Assembly (NCBI GenBank): GCA_035623825.1
Contig: DASPSR010000025.1
Span: 1 to 26,961 of the forward strand
Reading direction: 5' to 3'
Source of the DNA: Nitrospirota bacterium
Lineage (GTDB): Bacteria > Nitrospirota > UBA9217
DNA: 26,961 nucleotides
A model generated the notes under the pieces. That model was given only the letters and a program-made list of their open reading frames with translations, did no database searches and was not told the DNA's origin. Each line of letters opens with the position of its first letter. Positions within the stretch are counted from its first letter, which is position 1. Below, one piece after another: positions 1 through 7,830 of this stretch. The translations under genes and the position numbers were made by a program.

Positions 1-1896
1 CTTGGCCGTCTCGCCGGGGGCGAAGGTCAACGGCCCTGCCTGCAGGGCGTAGTCCTTCCCCTGTATTGCCGTCCCCCCCTTCACCCCGTACTCCACCGTC
101 ACAACCCTCCCGCTCGGGGCGGACAGCACCACCTCCAGGCGGACAAGGCCGGACGTCTCCTTGCCGCTCGAACTCGCGCTCGCAAACGACACCGCGGGCT
201 CGGGGTCCGTATCGACGATGGTCACCGTGCTCGTGGTCGTCTTCCCCTGCACCCCATTCGTCGGAACGCCCATGCTCACCACCACCGTCTTGTCGTCCTC
301 GTTCAAGCCGTTGTCCACAACATGCACTGTGATCGCCGCGCTCCGCTCACCGGCCTTGATCACGAGCGGCCCCGGCGTGATGGTGTAGTTTCCCGGCGTC
401 CTTGCCGTCCCCCCCACCATCAGCGGCACCGTCACGTCCCTGCCCGACACGGCCGACAGCTCCACCCCGATCGTCGCCGTCCCCGCGTTCTCCTTCACCT
501 TCTGGCTTGCTGTGGTGAACGATACCGCAGGCTCGGGATTGGTGTCCCCGATGGTCACCGTGCTCGCGGTCGTCTTCCCCTGCACCGCGTGCGTCGGAAC
601 GCCCATGCTCACCACCACCGTCTTGCCGTCATCGTTCGCCCCGCTTTCCGCCACCTGCACCGTGATCGCCGCGCTCCGCTCACCGGCCTTGATCACGAGC
701 GGCCCCGGCGTGATGGTGTAGTCTCCCGGCGTCTTTGCCGTCCCCCCCACCATGAACGGCACAATCACGTCCCAGCCCGAGACGGCCGACAGCTCAACCC
801 CGACCGTCGCCGTCCCCGCGTTCTTCTCTTTCCGCTTGCCGCCTTCGGCAGATCGTTTCACCTGCTGGCTCGCTGACGTGAACGTCACGACAGGCTCGGG
901 GTCGGTATCGATGATGGTATAGGTATGGACCGCGCTGCCGCCCAGAACCGCGCCCGAAGGGTTCTGCAGGCTTACCTCGATGGTCTTGTCATCCTCGTTC
1001 ACGCCGTCATCCTTGATGTCGATCTCGATGGTCTTGACCGTCTCTCCGGGTTTGAAAGTGAGGCTCCCGTTCTTCAGCATGTAGTTCACACCGCGAACCG
1101 CCGTGCCCCCGGTCACCGCATACTCCACCGTCACCGGCGCTCCGCTCACGTCCGTCAGCGCCACAGCCAGCCTGGCGGGGCCCTCCCCCTCGTTCCCGCT
1201 GGAACTGCTCTCCACAAAACCGACGGCGTTCAGCCGAAGGTCCGCGCCGACAACAGAGGAGCGGTATAATGCTTTCGGCGCAAATTTCCCCCGCCCGCCG
1301 GCGATGCGGGCCTTCTCCCCCGCAAGGGACCTCGCCAATGAGTCGTCCAGCTGTCCCATTGCCTTGTTCAGCAGGACTTTCGGGTCATGGATCAGGCCAA
1401 TCCCAAAGATGCCCGGATGATCGTTGCCCGCCATTCCGATGCTGTCAGCCCATAAGACCGAGGGTCTGGGCCCGGTGGAGACCAGTCTGGAGATGAGGGC
1501 GACGCGGGGAGGTTCGGTCTCGGTGTAGGCCTCCACCGAGGTGATCAGGACATCGTCAACCCCGAGCTCCTTGCTTAACAACACTGATATATCGGTATCC
1601 AGACCTCCGGTATAGCGGACGCGGTATTTCGCCATGAACTGCTCGAGCGCGGCGGCGTCAAGCACATCGGCCCCCTGCGCCTTCAACCGCTGGATCAGCG
1701 ATCGCCGGATCTCTACCAGCGGAGCATAGGCGTTGCTCAGGTTATTGACCGGGAATACGGCTACATGCAGAGGTTTCTCGGAAGGGGTGATTGAGGCAGC
1801 ACTACTGGTTCCAGCACATGCTGTTAAAATCAGGAAACCAGCGGCAGCAACAACAAAAAGGCCCTTTCTATTTAAACAGCTTATCGATAATGTCAT
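1..1896 (-). CDS. Large lipoprotein (partial, runs off left edge): N-terminal CsgG/LpoB-like alpha/beta domain followed by at least 4 Calx-beta repeats
   Basis: Hand-translated open frame from ATG at 1896 to the edge with no stop, so absent from the ORF track. MTLSISCLNRKGLFVVAAAGFLILTAC (lipobox), then VAVFPVNNLS...RYTGGLD...VLITSVE...LWADSIGMAGND. From about 1225 there are Calx-beta-type repeats, e.g. VTVEYAVTGGTAVRGVNY...GSLTFKPGETVKTIEIDIKDDGVNEDDKTIEVSL. Confidence 0.9.
   Translation of the reverse strand, partial: MTLSISCLNRKGLFVVAAAGFLILTACAGTSSAASITPSEKPLHVAVFPVNNLSNAYAPLVEIRRSLIQRLKAQGADVLDAAALEQFMAKYRVRYTGGLDTDISVLLSKELGVDDVLITSVEAYTETEPPRVALISRLVSTGPRPSVLWADSIGMAGNDHPGIFGIGLIHDPKVLLNKAMGQLDDSLARSLAGEKARIAGGRGKFAPKALYRSSVVGADLRLNAVGFVESSSSGNEGEGPARLAVALTDVSGAPVTVEYAVTGGTAVRGVNYMLKNGSLTFKPGETVKTIEIDIKDDGVNEDDKTIEVSLQNPSGAVLGGSAVHTYTIIDTDPEPVVTFTSASQQVKRSAEGGKRKEKNAGTATVGVELSAVSGWDVIVPFMVGGTAKTPGDYTITPGPLVIKAGERSAAITVQVAESGANDDGKTVVVSMGVPTHAVQGKTTASTVTIGDTNPEPAVSFTTASQKVKENAGTATIGVELSAVSGRDVTVPLMVGGTARTPGNYTITPGPLVIKAGERSAAITVHVVDNGLNEDDKTVVVSMGVPTNGVQGKTTTSTVTIVDTDPEPAVSFASASSSGKETSGLVRLEVVLSAPSGRVVTVEYGVKGGTAIQGKDYALQAGPLTFAPGETAK
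190..823. repeat. Near-identical intragenic tandem duplication, period 333 bp (two Calx-beta units)
   Basis: atggtcaccgtgctc occurs at 218 and 551. The long block gtgatcgccgcgctccgctcaccggccttgatcacgagcggccccggcgtgatggtgtagt occurs at about 329 and about 662. Confidence 0.9.
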
Positions 1897-1972
1897 CAAC
1901 AGCCTTCTCGGTAACTACATTCATTGGCTCACCACCCCCTCCGAAGAGACGGTCTCCAAGGTTGATACCTCC
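1868..1972 (-). pseudogene. 3' remnant of an upstream lipoprotein gene
   Basis: Reads GGINLGDRLFGGGGEPMNVVTEKAVDDIIDKLFK* and overlaps the start of the 1896 gene as operon neighbours do. The upstream frame is broken by TGA at 2003-2005 and looks non-homologous. From memory it resembles C-termini of Geobacter/Nitrospirota lipoproteins. Confidence 0.6.
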
Positions 1973-2123
1973 CTCTGGCGGACGAGGCAAACCAGAAAAA
2001 ACTCAAATAAATAAGGACACACCAAAAGTATCATCCTTCGGGAGTTTGGCTGTCTTGTTTTCCATGATATGCTGCTCTCCGCTCACTCCTCGCGAAGGGT
2101 TTAGTTTTATCGGTGTCTAATCA

Positions 2124-2153
2124 AATTTAAGCATTAGCGCAAGGGTCTGTCAA
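2124..2153 (-). promoter_or_regulatory. sigma70-type promoter candidate for the Calx-beta lipoprotein
   Basis: Minus strand TTGACA (2153-2148)-N18-TAAATT. A 14-bp palindrome AAAGTTGCAACTTT lies just upstream at 2160-2173. Confidence 0.45.
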
Positions 2154-2338
2154 TTTCTAAAAGTTGCAACTTTACAATTAATTGTATCCGCGGGGATGCA
2201 ATGCAAAGAGCAGACTTAAACCCCAACGGTACGATCTCAGCCCTTGATTTCGATCCCGGAGAATTCAATGGCCTTCTCTCGAGAGAACGTGCGGGGACCA
2301 ATTATTATCATTATCTAACTAATACTATATCAAGATTA

Positions 2339-2367
2339 TTGACATCTTGTCTATTAAAGCATAAATT
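2339..2367 (+). promoter_or_regulatory. sigma70-type promoter with no convincing downstream ORF
   Basis: TTGACA (2339-2344)-N17-TAAATT (2362-2367). Confidence 0.5.
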
Positions 2368-2504
2368 AGTGTTAAAAATTCCGTTAGCGGTCGCTCATCT
2401 GCCATTAATTTCTGATGTTTCATGATGAACCCCTTCCCCACATCTTTCCTGTCCGCTTTCCGAGGACAAAAGGAAGTGGGTACCGCAATTTCCACGCATC
2501 AGAT

Positions 2505-2819
2505 TCAATGGCTCTGTGATAGCGTAAGCGGTATGCCCTCGAAGACCGATGTTGAATAGTTTGGGAACGATCCTGTGGGGAAACTGCTAACATAAATGCG
2601 CGGCGTTTGGCCTCCGATTGTTGGGTCTCCAGTTTCGCCCATAAGAGTCGGATAATACAGCGTGCGATCTGGCTCGCTTTATGATGCCCCGATGGGGCCG
2701 GACCAATGTATCAGGTCGTACGAGGCTCGCACCTCAATGGCCCCGCTGGACTGGTTAACGGCCAGATAGACATCAAAGGCGCTGTCGTAGAGCACCTCGG
2801 GCTGAACACCCAATACCAA
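2505..2819 (-). pseudogene. 5'-truncated gene remnant with internal stop; possibly the C-terminus of a beta-propeller protein
   Basis: Frame reads LVLGVQPEVLYDSAFDVYLAVNQSSGAIEVRASYDLIHWSGPIGAS*SEPDRTLYYPTLMGETGDPTIGGQTPRIYVSSFPTGSFPNYSTSVFEGIPLTLSQSH*. In-frame TAA at 2679-2681. SxDLxxW is an Asp-box-like propeller motif. Confidence 0.55.
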
Positions 2820-2856
2820 TTACTTCTTGCTTTTTCTTGTACCTTTTTTATTCAAG

Positions 2857-2960
2857 AAAAAACCGAACACGCCATCATTTCCTTCGGCAGCCCGGCTATC
2901 TTCGATCGTAAGATCCTTTGCTTTCCGTCCCCTCCTCACGGAGGGTTTGGCTTTCTCGGA
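2857..2960 (-). ncRNA. GEMM-I (c-di-GMP-I family) riboswitch with terminator-like expression platform
   Basis: Minus strand CGAGAAAGCCAAACC-CTCC-GTGA-GGAG-GGGACGGAAAGC-AAAGGATCTT...AAGATAGCCGGGCTGCCGAA shows P2 with a GNRA loop, the GACGGAAAGC junction and the P3 3' strand. It is followed by ccgaa...ttcgg-TTTTTT. Confidence 0.9.
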
Positions 2961-3182
2961 TGCTTATCAATTAGTAAGGACTTTTATTATCCTCTTTTTG
3001 AAATAATCGTAGCACTGGTTCCTGCCTATATCAAGTAATGTAGCAGACACCCACTACATCGAACATATAGCTCATGTCAATTCCGTTAATGAGCTTTGAA
3101 ATAAGATTGCAGTGACGCAAAGGTTAAGTCAGTGATATTCTCATGGCGAGATAGCTGCTGCAGTCGGACTTGCAACATTTGT

Positions 3183-3422
3183 AATTTATATGGGTGCGGT
3201 ACGATTTTTTTAGAAACGGGTCAATTTGACAAAGCAGTACCGGATTTTAAATAAAGCTGTTAGTCTAATGAGATATGGGCCAAGAGCACTGTAGGTCTTG
3301 AACTGCTCTTTCTTAATCGAGGTTTGGCTTACTCAAGGATGTTTCAAGATACGTTAGCTGCATCAGACTTCAGAAGGGCCTGTGAACTTGGAAGTTCGGC
3401 CGCCTGCAATATAATAAGATAA
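3183..3422 (+). pseudogene. Decayed TPR-repeat protein, C-terminal part
   Basis: NLYGCGTIFLETGQFDKAVPDF, then a frameshift/stop near 3250-3263, then ELLFLNRGLAYSRMFQDTLAASDFRRACELGSSAACNIIR*. These are typical TPR helices with a DFxxACxLG C-cap. Confidence 0.7.
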
Positions 3423-3567
3423 CAAGAATGAGCCTGTAAGGCAGGCCCGAAAATATGTGCGCCTTTTTTTACGTGATAACAATTTTTTTCGGAGTTCAAC
3501 TGCTCTTTTTCACCATCCCCCTCTCTATATGCTTCTATGCTTCATGAACTTTGAGAGCGACTGGCGC

Positions 3568-3744
3568 CTATCTTGTTATCTTAGGAGATTCAAGGCAAGT
3601 TTTCTTGGCGCGATCCGATGAAGCGTCGCTATAGTACTCAATCGTTTTATGAGGTATATTTTTGAGACATTTCCTTTCTCGAAATAATCTGAGAACTTTA
3701 ATAACGTTCGGGTCGTTTTCTTTAGAAAATCGCAATGAACGCAT
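3568..3744 (-). CDS. Small hypothetical protein (58 aa)
   Basis: MRSLRFSKENDPNVIKVLRLFRERKCLKNIPHKTIEYYSDASSDRAKKTCLESPKITR*, with a strong SD GAGGAGGG just upstream. Below the ORF-track cut-off. Confidence 0.4.
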   Translation of the reverse strand: MRSLRFSKENDPNVIKVLRLFRERKCLKNIPHKTIEYYSDASSDRAKKTCLESPKITR

Positions 3745-4305
3745 TTGCCCTCCTCGATACTGATTAAGCCCTCAACGACGGCGTTTCGACTGAACGCGCT
3801 AGTAAAAAAACAGGTGAATATTCAATCCCATTTTTTGCTCTGTGCTCAATCCGGGAAGTGATGTCGATCATCACTCGTAGACGCCTGAAAGCAAAAAAGA
3901 TCTCTTTCTACCTGCCTTAATACAATGAATGAAACCCTAAGTTCTTTTCCCTTTACGAAAAAAATAGAAAATTTATCAAGAGAAAGTGAACGTAAGCAGA
4001 CACGGGGCAATCATAGCAAATACTGAGTCATAAGTAAATACCCGATAAAGGAGTTTCGGGTTATTATGGTGAATAGCAAGGTTCTTTGGAAAGAAATTAA
4101 ATTTCGTTAAATCCAGATTCATTATTTTATAGTATTTATACAATAGATTAGGCATTCGCTTGGTCAAGACAACCTTAAGGACTTGTATTTTAACATTATA
4201 ATTTGCTCAAATTTTAATCAGCATGATTGTTCTCGTAATGTTGTTATTAGCATCACAGTACATTGTTGTTCTTACCGTGGAGCGGCTTGGGAAGCGACAG
4301 AAATC

Positions 4306-4839
4306 TTATCTCAATTCTTCATTCCCCCGGGTTCTTACCTCTCTCTGGCCACTCATGAGTTGATAGAAGAGGCTTGATTCTCGTTTATAGAAGCCCTCGG
4401 TATGATATGATTCGGACAGTTTGAAAAGCTCGTAATCCAGATGGTGACAGATCTCGTGCAGGAGTGTCCTTAGGAACGAACGGAATGCTACGACCTGGCG
4501 ACGCTTCGCCGTGCGCATCCAAACAGTAATCGCAGCTGATGTCCGCCCCTGTACCGGTACATATAACCCATGCAATTCGCCCCACGAGGCTCTCGGCCGT
4601 GCCGCGAGCAATGCTATCCTGACCGGCGGTGCTTTGAGACCAGCAAGCATGCCCATTGCGAGCTTCTGGCAGGATTGTTCAGCCAGTGCTCTATTTTCGT
4701 TCTCCAGCGCCGATGAGAGGTCACGAACGAATGGATGCAGATCAGGCGCGTTCGGCAGCGGAATAGCGTGAATCTCGTCGCTTTTTCGATAAACACGCTT
4801 TTGTACAGCGTTCAGACGATTGTAGTACGAAAAAACCAT
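4306..4839 (-). CDS. Hypothetical protein with zincin-like HExxH motif
   Basis: 177 aa; RTLLHEICHHLDY followed by a distal H (SYHTEGFY). Promoter TTGCAA-N17-TAAAAT upstream. Confidence 0.8.
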   Translation of the reverse strand: MVFSYYNRLNAVQKRVYRKSDEIHAIPLPNAPDLHPFVRDLSSALENENRALAEQSCQKLAMGMLAGLKAPPVRIALLAARPRASWGELHGLYVPVQGRTSAAITVWMRTAKRRQVVAFRSFLRTLLHEICHHLDYELFKLSESYHTEGFYKRESSLFYQLMSGQREVRTRGNEELR

Positions 4840-5168
4840 GATAACTTGCTATTTTACTGTACATACTAGTGATTTGCAAGTTACAGCCGTCCAGTAGATG
4901 ACACCTAACTGACATTCTGCTGGGCAACAAGTCCGAATCGCCGCAAGGAACGAACCCGTTCGATCAATCGAAACGATCACGTGGAATTGGGCAAAATCCC
5001 TCCCTTTTTTTCAATGGTCCTTAACATGATTGAGCCCTAATGCATGACAGCTGTACGTAAGCGCACGCTCTATGGCGATGCTATACATTGCAGAGCAAAC
5101 ATCAGGCTCGCGACAGCCTCACTCTCTAGCCATCATCAAACAACCAAAACATCCTGTCATCCGCTGAA

Positions 5169-5612
5169 TCAATATCCAACGGTTATGTAGCTCTCGAGTT
5201 CCTGGATCGTGATTTCCTGGTCGGATATGATGGCATTGACCACATCACCGATGCTCACGACACCTTTGATCAGTCCGCACTCCATGACCGGTACATGTCG
5301 TACATGGTTGCTCGTCATTATCACCATGCACTCATAAATGGACTGTTCCGGTCCAATGCAAATCGGCTCGCTAGTCATAAGTTCCCGGACAGATGTGCTC
5401 TTGGATGATTTCCCCTTCAGGATCACCTTCCTCGCATAATCACGCTCGGAAAACATGCCGACCAGCTTTCCGTTCTCCATTACAAGAAGCGCTCCCACGT
5501 CCTTGGCAGCCATGATCTCGAGCGCATGGTAAGCGGTTTCATAAGGAGCGATAGCCCAAAAACAATGACCCTTTGTGTTCAACACCTGTCCAACAGTAAT
5601 CGTGGTATGCAT
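5169..5612 (-). CDS. Stand-alone CBS-pair protein
   Basis: VGALLV...LVGMFSERDYARKV...VRHVPV...GVVSIGDVV. Start set at ATG 5612, which follows SD GAGGAGG; the longer ORF from 5756 runs through the leader RNA. Confidence 0.92.
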   Translation of the reverse strand: MHTTITVGQVLNTKGHCFWAIAPYETAYHALEIMAAKDVGALLVMENGKLVGMFSERDYARKVILKGKSSKSTSVRELMTSEPICIGPEQSIYECMVIMTSNHVRHVPVMECGLIKGVVSIGDVVNAIISDQEITIQELESYITVGY

Positions 5613-5640
5613 ACGGCACCTCCTCATTTTTAAAAAGTGC

Positions 5641-5762
5641 ATAAAAAAACCGGACGCACCAAAGGATAGTCCAATCCTTCGGCAGTCCGGCCATCTGTGT
5701 CCCCCCCTTATCACGGCCCGTATCTCAACCGGACCGCTAATGTCGTGACTGTTCAACCCCCA
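5641..5762 (-). promoter_or_regulatory. Riboswitch-like 5' leader ending in an intrinsic terminator (candidate Na+/DUF1646-type aptamer)
   Basis: Promoter TGGACA-N17-TACCAT (5795-5767) puts +1 near 5760. Leader reads GGGGTTGAA-[hairpin]-CAGATGGCCGGACTGCCGAAG and overlaps terminator ccggac..gaaggat/atccttt..gtccgg-TTTTTTT about 30 nt before the CBS start. Confidence 0.65.
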
Positions 5763-6339
5763 ATTTATGGTATCGTTGCATAGTGTAAATGTCCACTACG
5801 CTTCGAAGGATTGTCCTGACTAAGGGTATTACCATGCTCTTGAAAAAACTTTAACTCACCTCCTCGGCTGTTGTCAAATTCTAATTACAAGTAGCAATGA
5901 ATCTATAATTATTTTTATATGCCTGCCGGACACAGGCACGCCATAATTGAAAAAGCTTGTTAAGTATTTAAACTATAATCGCAGAACTAAATAATTCAAA
6001 AGGAAACGTGATATCATATACCCGTTCGCAGCCTAATCACCGTGACCGTTCCGCAATCGCCTCACCTGACCTCCTCTATTGGACTATGACTTTATCGTCA
6101 AATGTGCTATATTTCTACCTTAGGATTCTTAATGCAGAACGCCGGTACGGCCATTACAATCAGCCGCGGCCTACGGGCAGCACCTCTTCGAAATGGAAAG
6201 CACGACTCGCATTTCATCGCTTATATGGTTTGTGATGCGTGCTGTTCATTTCTATAGTTTGGCCGCAATCAGCACCGTTATCTGCGGTTGAATGCAAAAC
6301 ATGGCTCCCTTTTTAAGACAAATACATCGGGAGGGATTT

Positions 6340-6873
6340 ATGAAACATCTCTTCACTAACTTAAAATTCGGATTTCCCGTGATGCTATGCGCGGTCCTTT
6401 TGCTGAGCAGTTGCATGGGAGGAAAACGGCTCGATATCCGCGGCGCGGTTCCCGGTGACCTGCAGGGGACCTATACGTTGATCCTCTATGGCTGCAGTTA
6501 TCCCACCGACCTGGAAAATCTCGCCATTCTGTACCCCGAGGGGGGGCCTGTAACCTTTGAGATGTACGCCCTTAAAACTGCATACACTGTCCAGAATGGA
6601 CTCCCTGCGGATGAAGCGCTGAAACGGGCGGAGCAGTTCCTCAAATGCAATATAATCGCCGCAAAAACGCAGCTAAGCAAAATCGTTGGCCGAGAAGGCA
6701 CCATCGCGGGCTATGAGCTTCGCTCGCTCTATCCCCCCTACAAATTCGCCATGACTGACGTCCTCATTGTCAATTACTCGCTCAAGGACAGCAAGGTGAC
6801 GGTTTACATCAGTCTGGACCCTGAAATTCAAAAAAACCTCGATAGTTCTGGACAATTACCTCATAGGCTCTGA
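6340..6873 (+). CDS. Hypothetical lipoprotein, paralog 1
   Basis: SD GGGAGGG, start MKHLFTNLKF..., lipobox LLSSC; duplicated downstream. Confidence 0.85.
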   Translation: MKHLFTNLKFGFPVMLCAVLLLSSCMGGKRLDIRGAVPGDLQGTYTLILYGCSYPTDLENLAILYPEGGPVTFEMYALKTAYTVQNGLPADEALKRAEQFLKCNIIAAKTQLSKIVGREGTIAGYELRSLYPPYKFAMTDVLIVNYSLKDSKVTVYISLDPEIQKNLDSSGQLPHRL

Positions 6874-7161
6874 TCTGATCAAATCAAGGGCACCAGGGGA
6901 AAATATGATCCTCAGCCCTTCCCGCGTCTTATCTTCTATGGTGTGACGTAATCACATTCGGGCCGCTGATCATCGGGCGGACTCTGCTGTTGCTGCGCCT
7001 GACCTCCTCCATGAAGACCTATTATCTTTAATGTCAAATTTTGCTATATTTGTATATAGGGTTATTGTCGCAGAAAACGGTTGATCGACTTATATGGGGT
7101 CACGATCTGCGGACAGCACTTTCCCTTTTCGAAAACAATGCAAATACGGTGGGAGGGAGTT

Positions 7162-7701
7162 ATGAAACATCTCTTCGCTAACTTAAAATTCAGACTTCCC
7201 GTGATGCTATGCGCGGTCCTCTTGCTAAGCAGTTGTATGGGAGGAAAACGGCTCGATATCCGCGGCGCGGTTCCCGCTGACCTACAGGGGACCTATACGT
7301 TGATCCTCTATGGCTGCAGATATCCCAGTGACCTGGAAAATCTCGCCATTCTGTACCCGGAGGGGGGGCCTATCACCTTTGAGATGTTCACGCTTAAAAC
7401 TGCCTATAAGGTAAAAAAGGGACTTCCTGCGGATGAAGCACTGAATCAGGCGGGGCAGTTCCTGACTTGCAGTATAGACTACTGGCAAACTCAGCTGAGC
7501 AAAATCGTTGACCGAGAGGGCGCCATAGCGGGCTATGAGCTTCGCCCGCTCTATCCTCCCTACAAATATGGCGGTAGGATAAACGTTCTCGATGTCAGTT
7601 ACTGGCTCAGGGACAGCAAGGTGACAGTTTACATCAGGCTGGACCCCGACATCGAAAAAGCTGTTGAAAACACTGGAGGCGATGGTAACCCAGGCAGATG
7701 A
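7162..7701 (+). CDS. Hypothetical lipoprotein, paralog 2
   Basis: SD GGGAGGGAG, start MKHLFANLKF..., lipobox LLSSC; highly similar to 6340..6873. Confidence 0.85.
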   Translation: MKHLFANLKFRLPVMLCAVLLLSSCMGGKRLDIRGAVPADLQGTYTLILYGCRYPSDLENLAILYPEGGPITFEMFTLKTAYKVKKGLPADEALNQAGQFLTCSIDYWQTQLSKIVDREGAIAGYELRPLYPPYKYGGRINVLDVSYWLRDSKVTVYIRLDPDIEKAVENTGGDGNPGR

Positions 7702-7830
7702 GGATGTGAGCCGTATCGGGAAAATGGTGTTTGATGGCGCTCTGGCGCTGCGGCAAGAAAGAATCGAGACGATTTCAGACAAGTATCAATGCAGCATCAG
7801 TGATCCGATGATAATATCTGATTTTCCCCC

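Noticed and set aside
2003-2005. In-frame TGA as possible selenocysteine
   Set aside because: Only a weak downstream hairpin and no redox motif; a truncation scar is the simpler explanation.
66-2120. Many plus-strand ORFs in the track
   Set aside because: They are shadows of the GC-rich minus-strand lipoprotein gene and have no protein-like motifs.
2215-2300. TPP-riboswitch-like CTGAGA on the minus strand
   Set aside because: It lacks the ACCTGA...AGCG second domain and no thiamine genes follow.
2533-2820. Apparent large structured ncRNA (several hairpins, e.g. ggggaaactg/cagtttcgccc)
   Set aside because: The minus strand reads as protein-like sequence in one frame, and no RNase P, tmRNA or intron signatures were seen.
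6340-7701. DGR template/variable repeat pair
   Set aside because: No reverse transcriptase in the window; both copies are full genes with their own SD, and the differences include an indel.
7708-7725. gagccgtatcgggaaa resembling group II intron domain V
   Set aside because: No complementary 3' strand, no domain VI and no RT.
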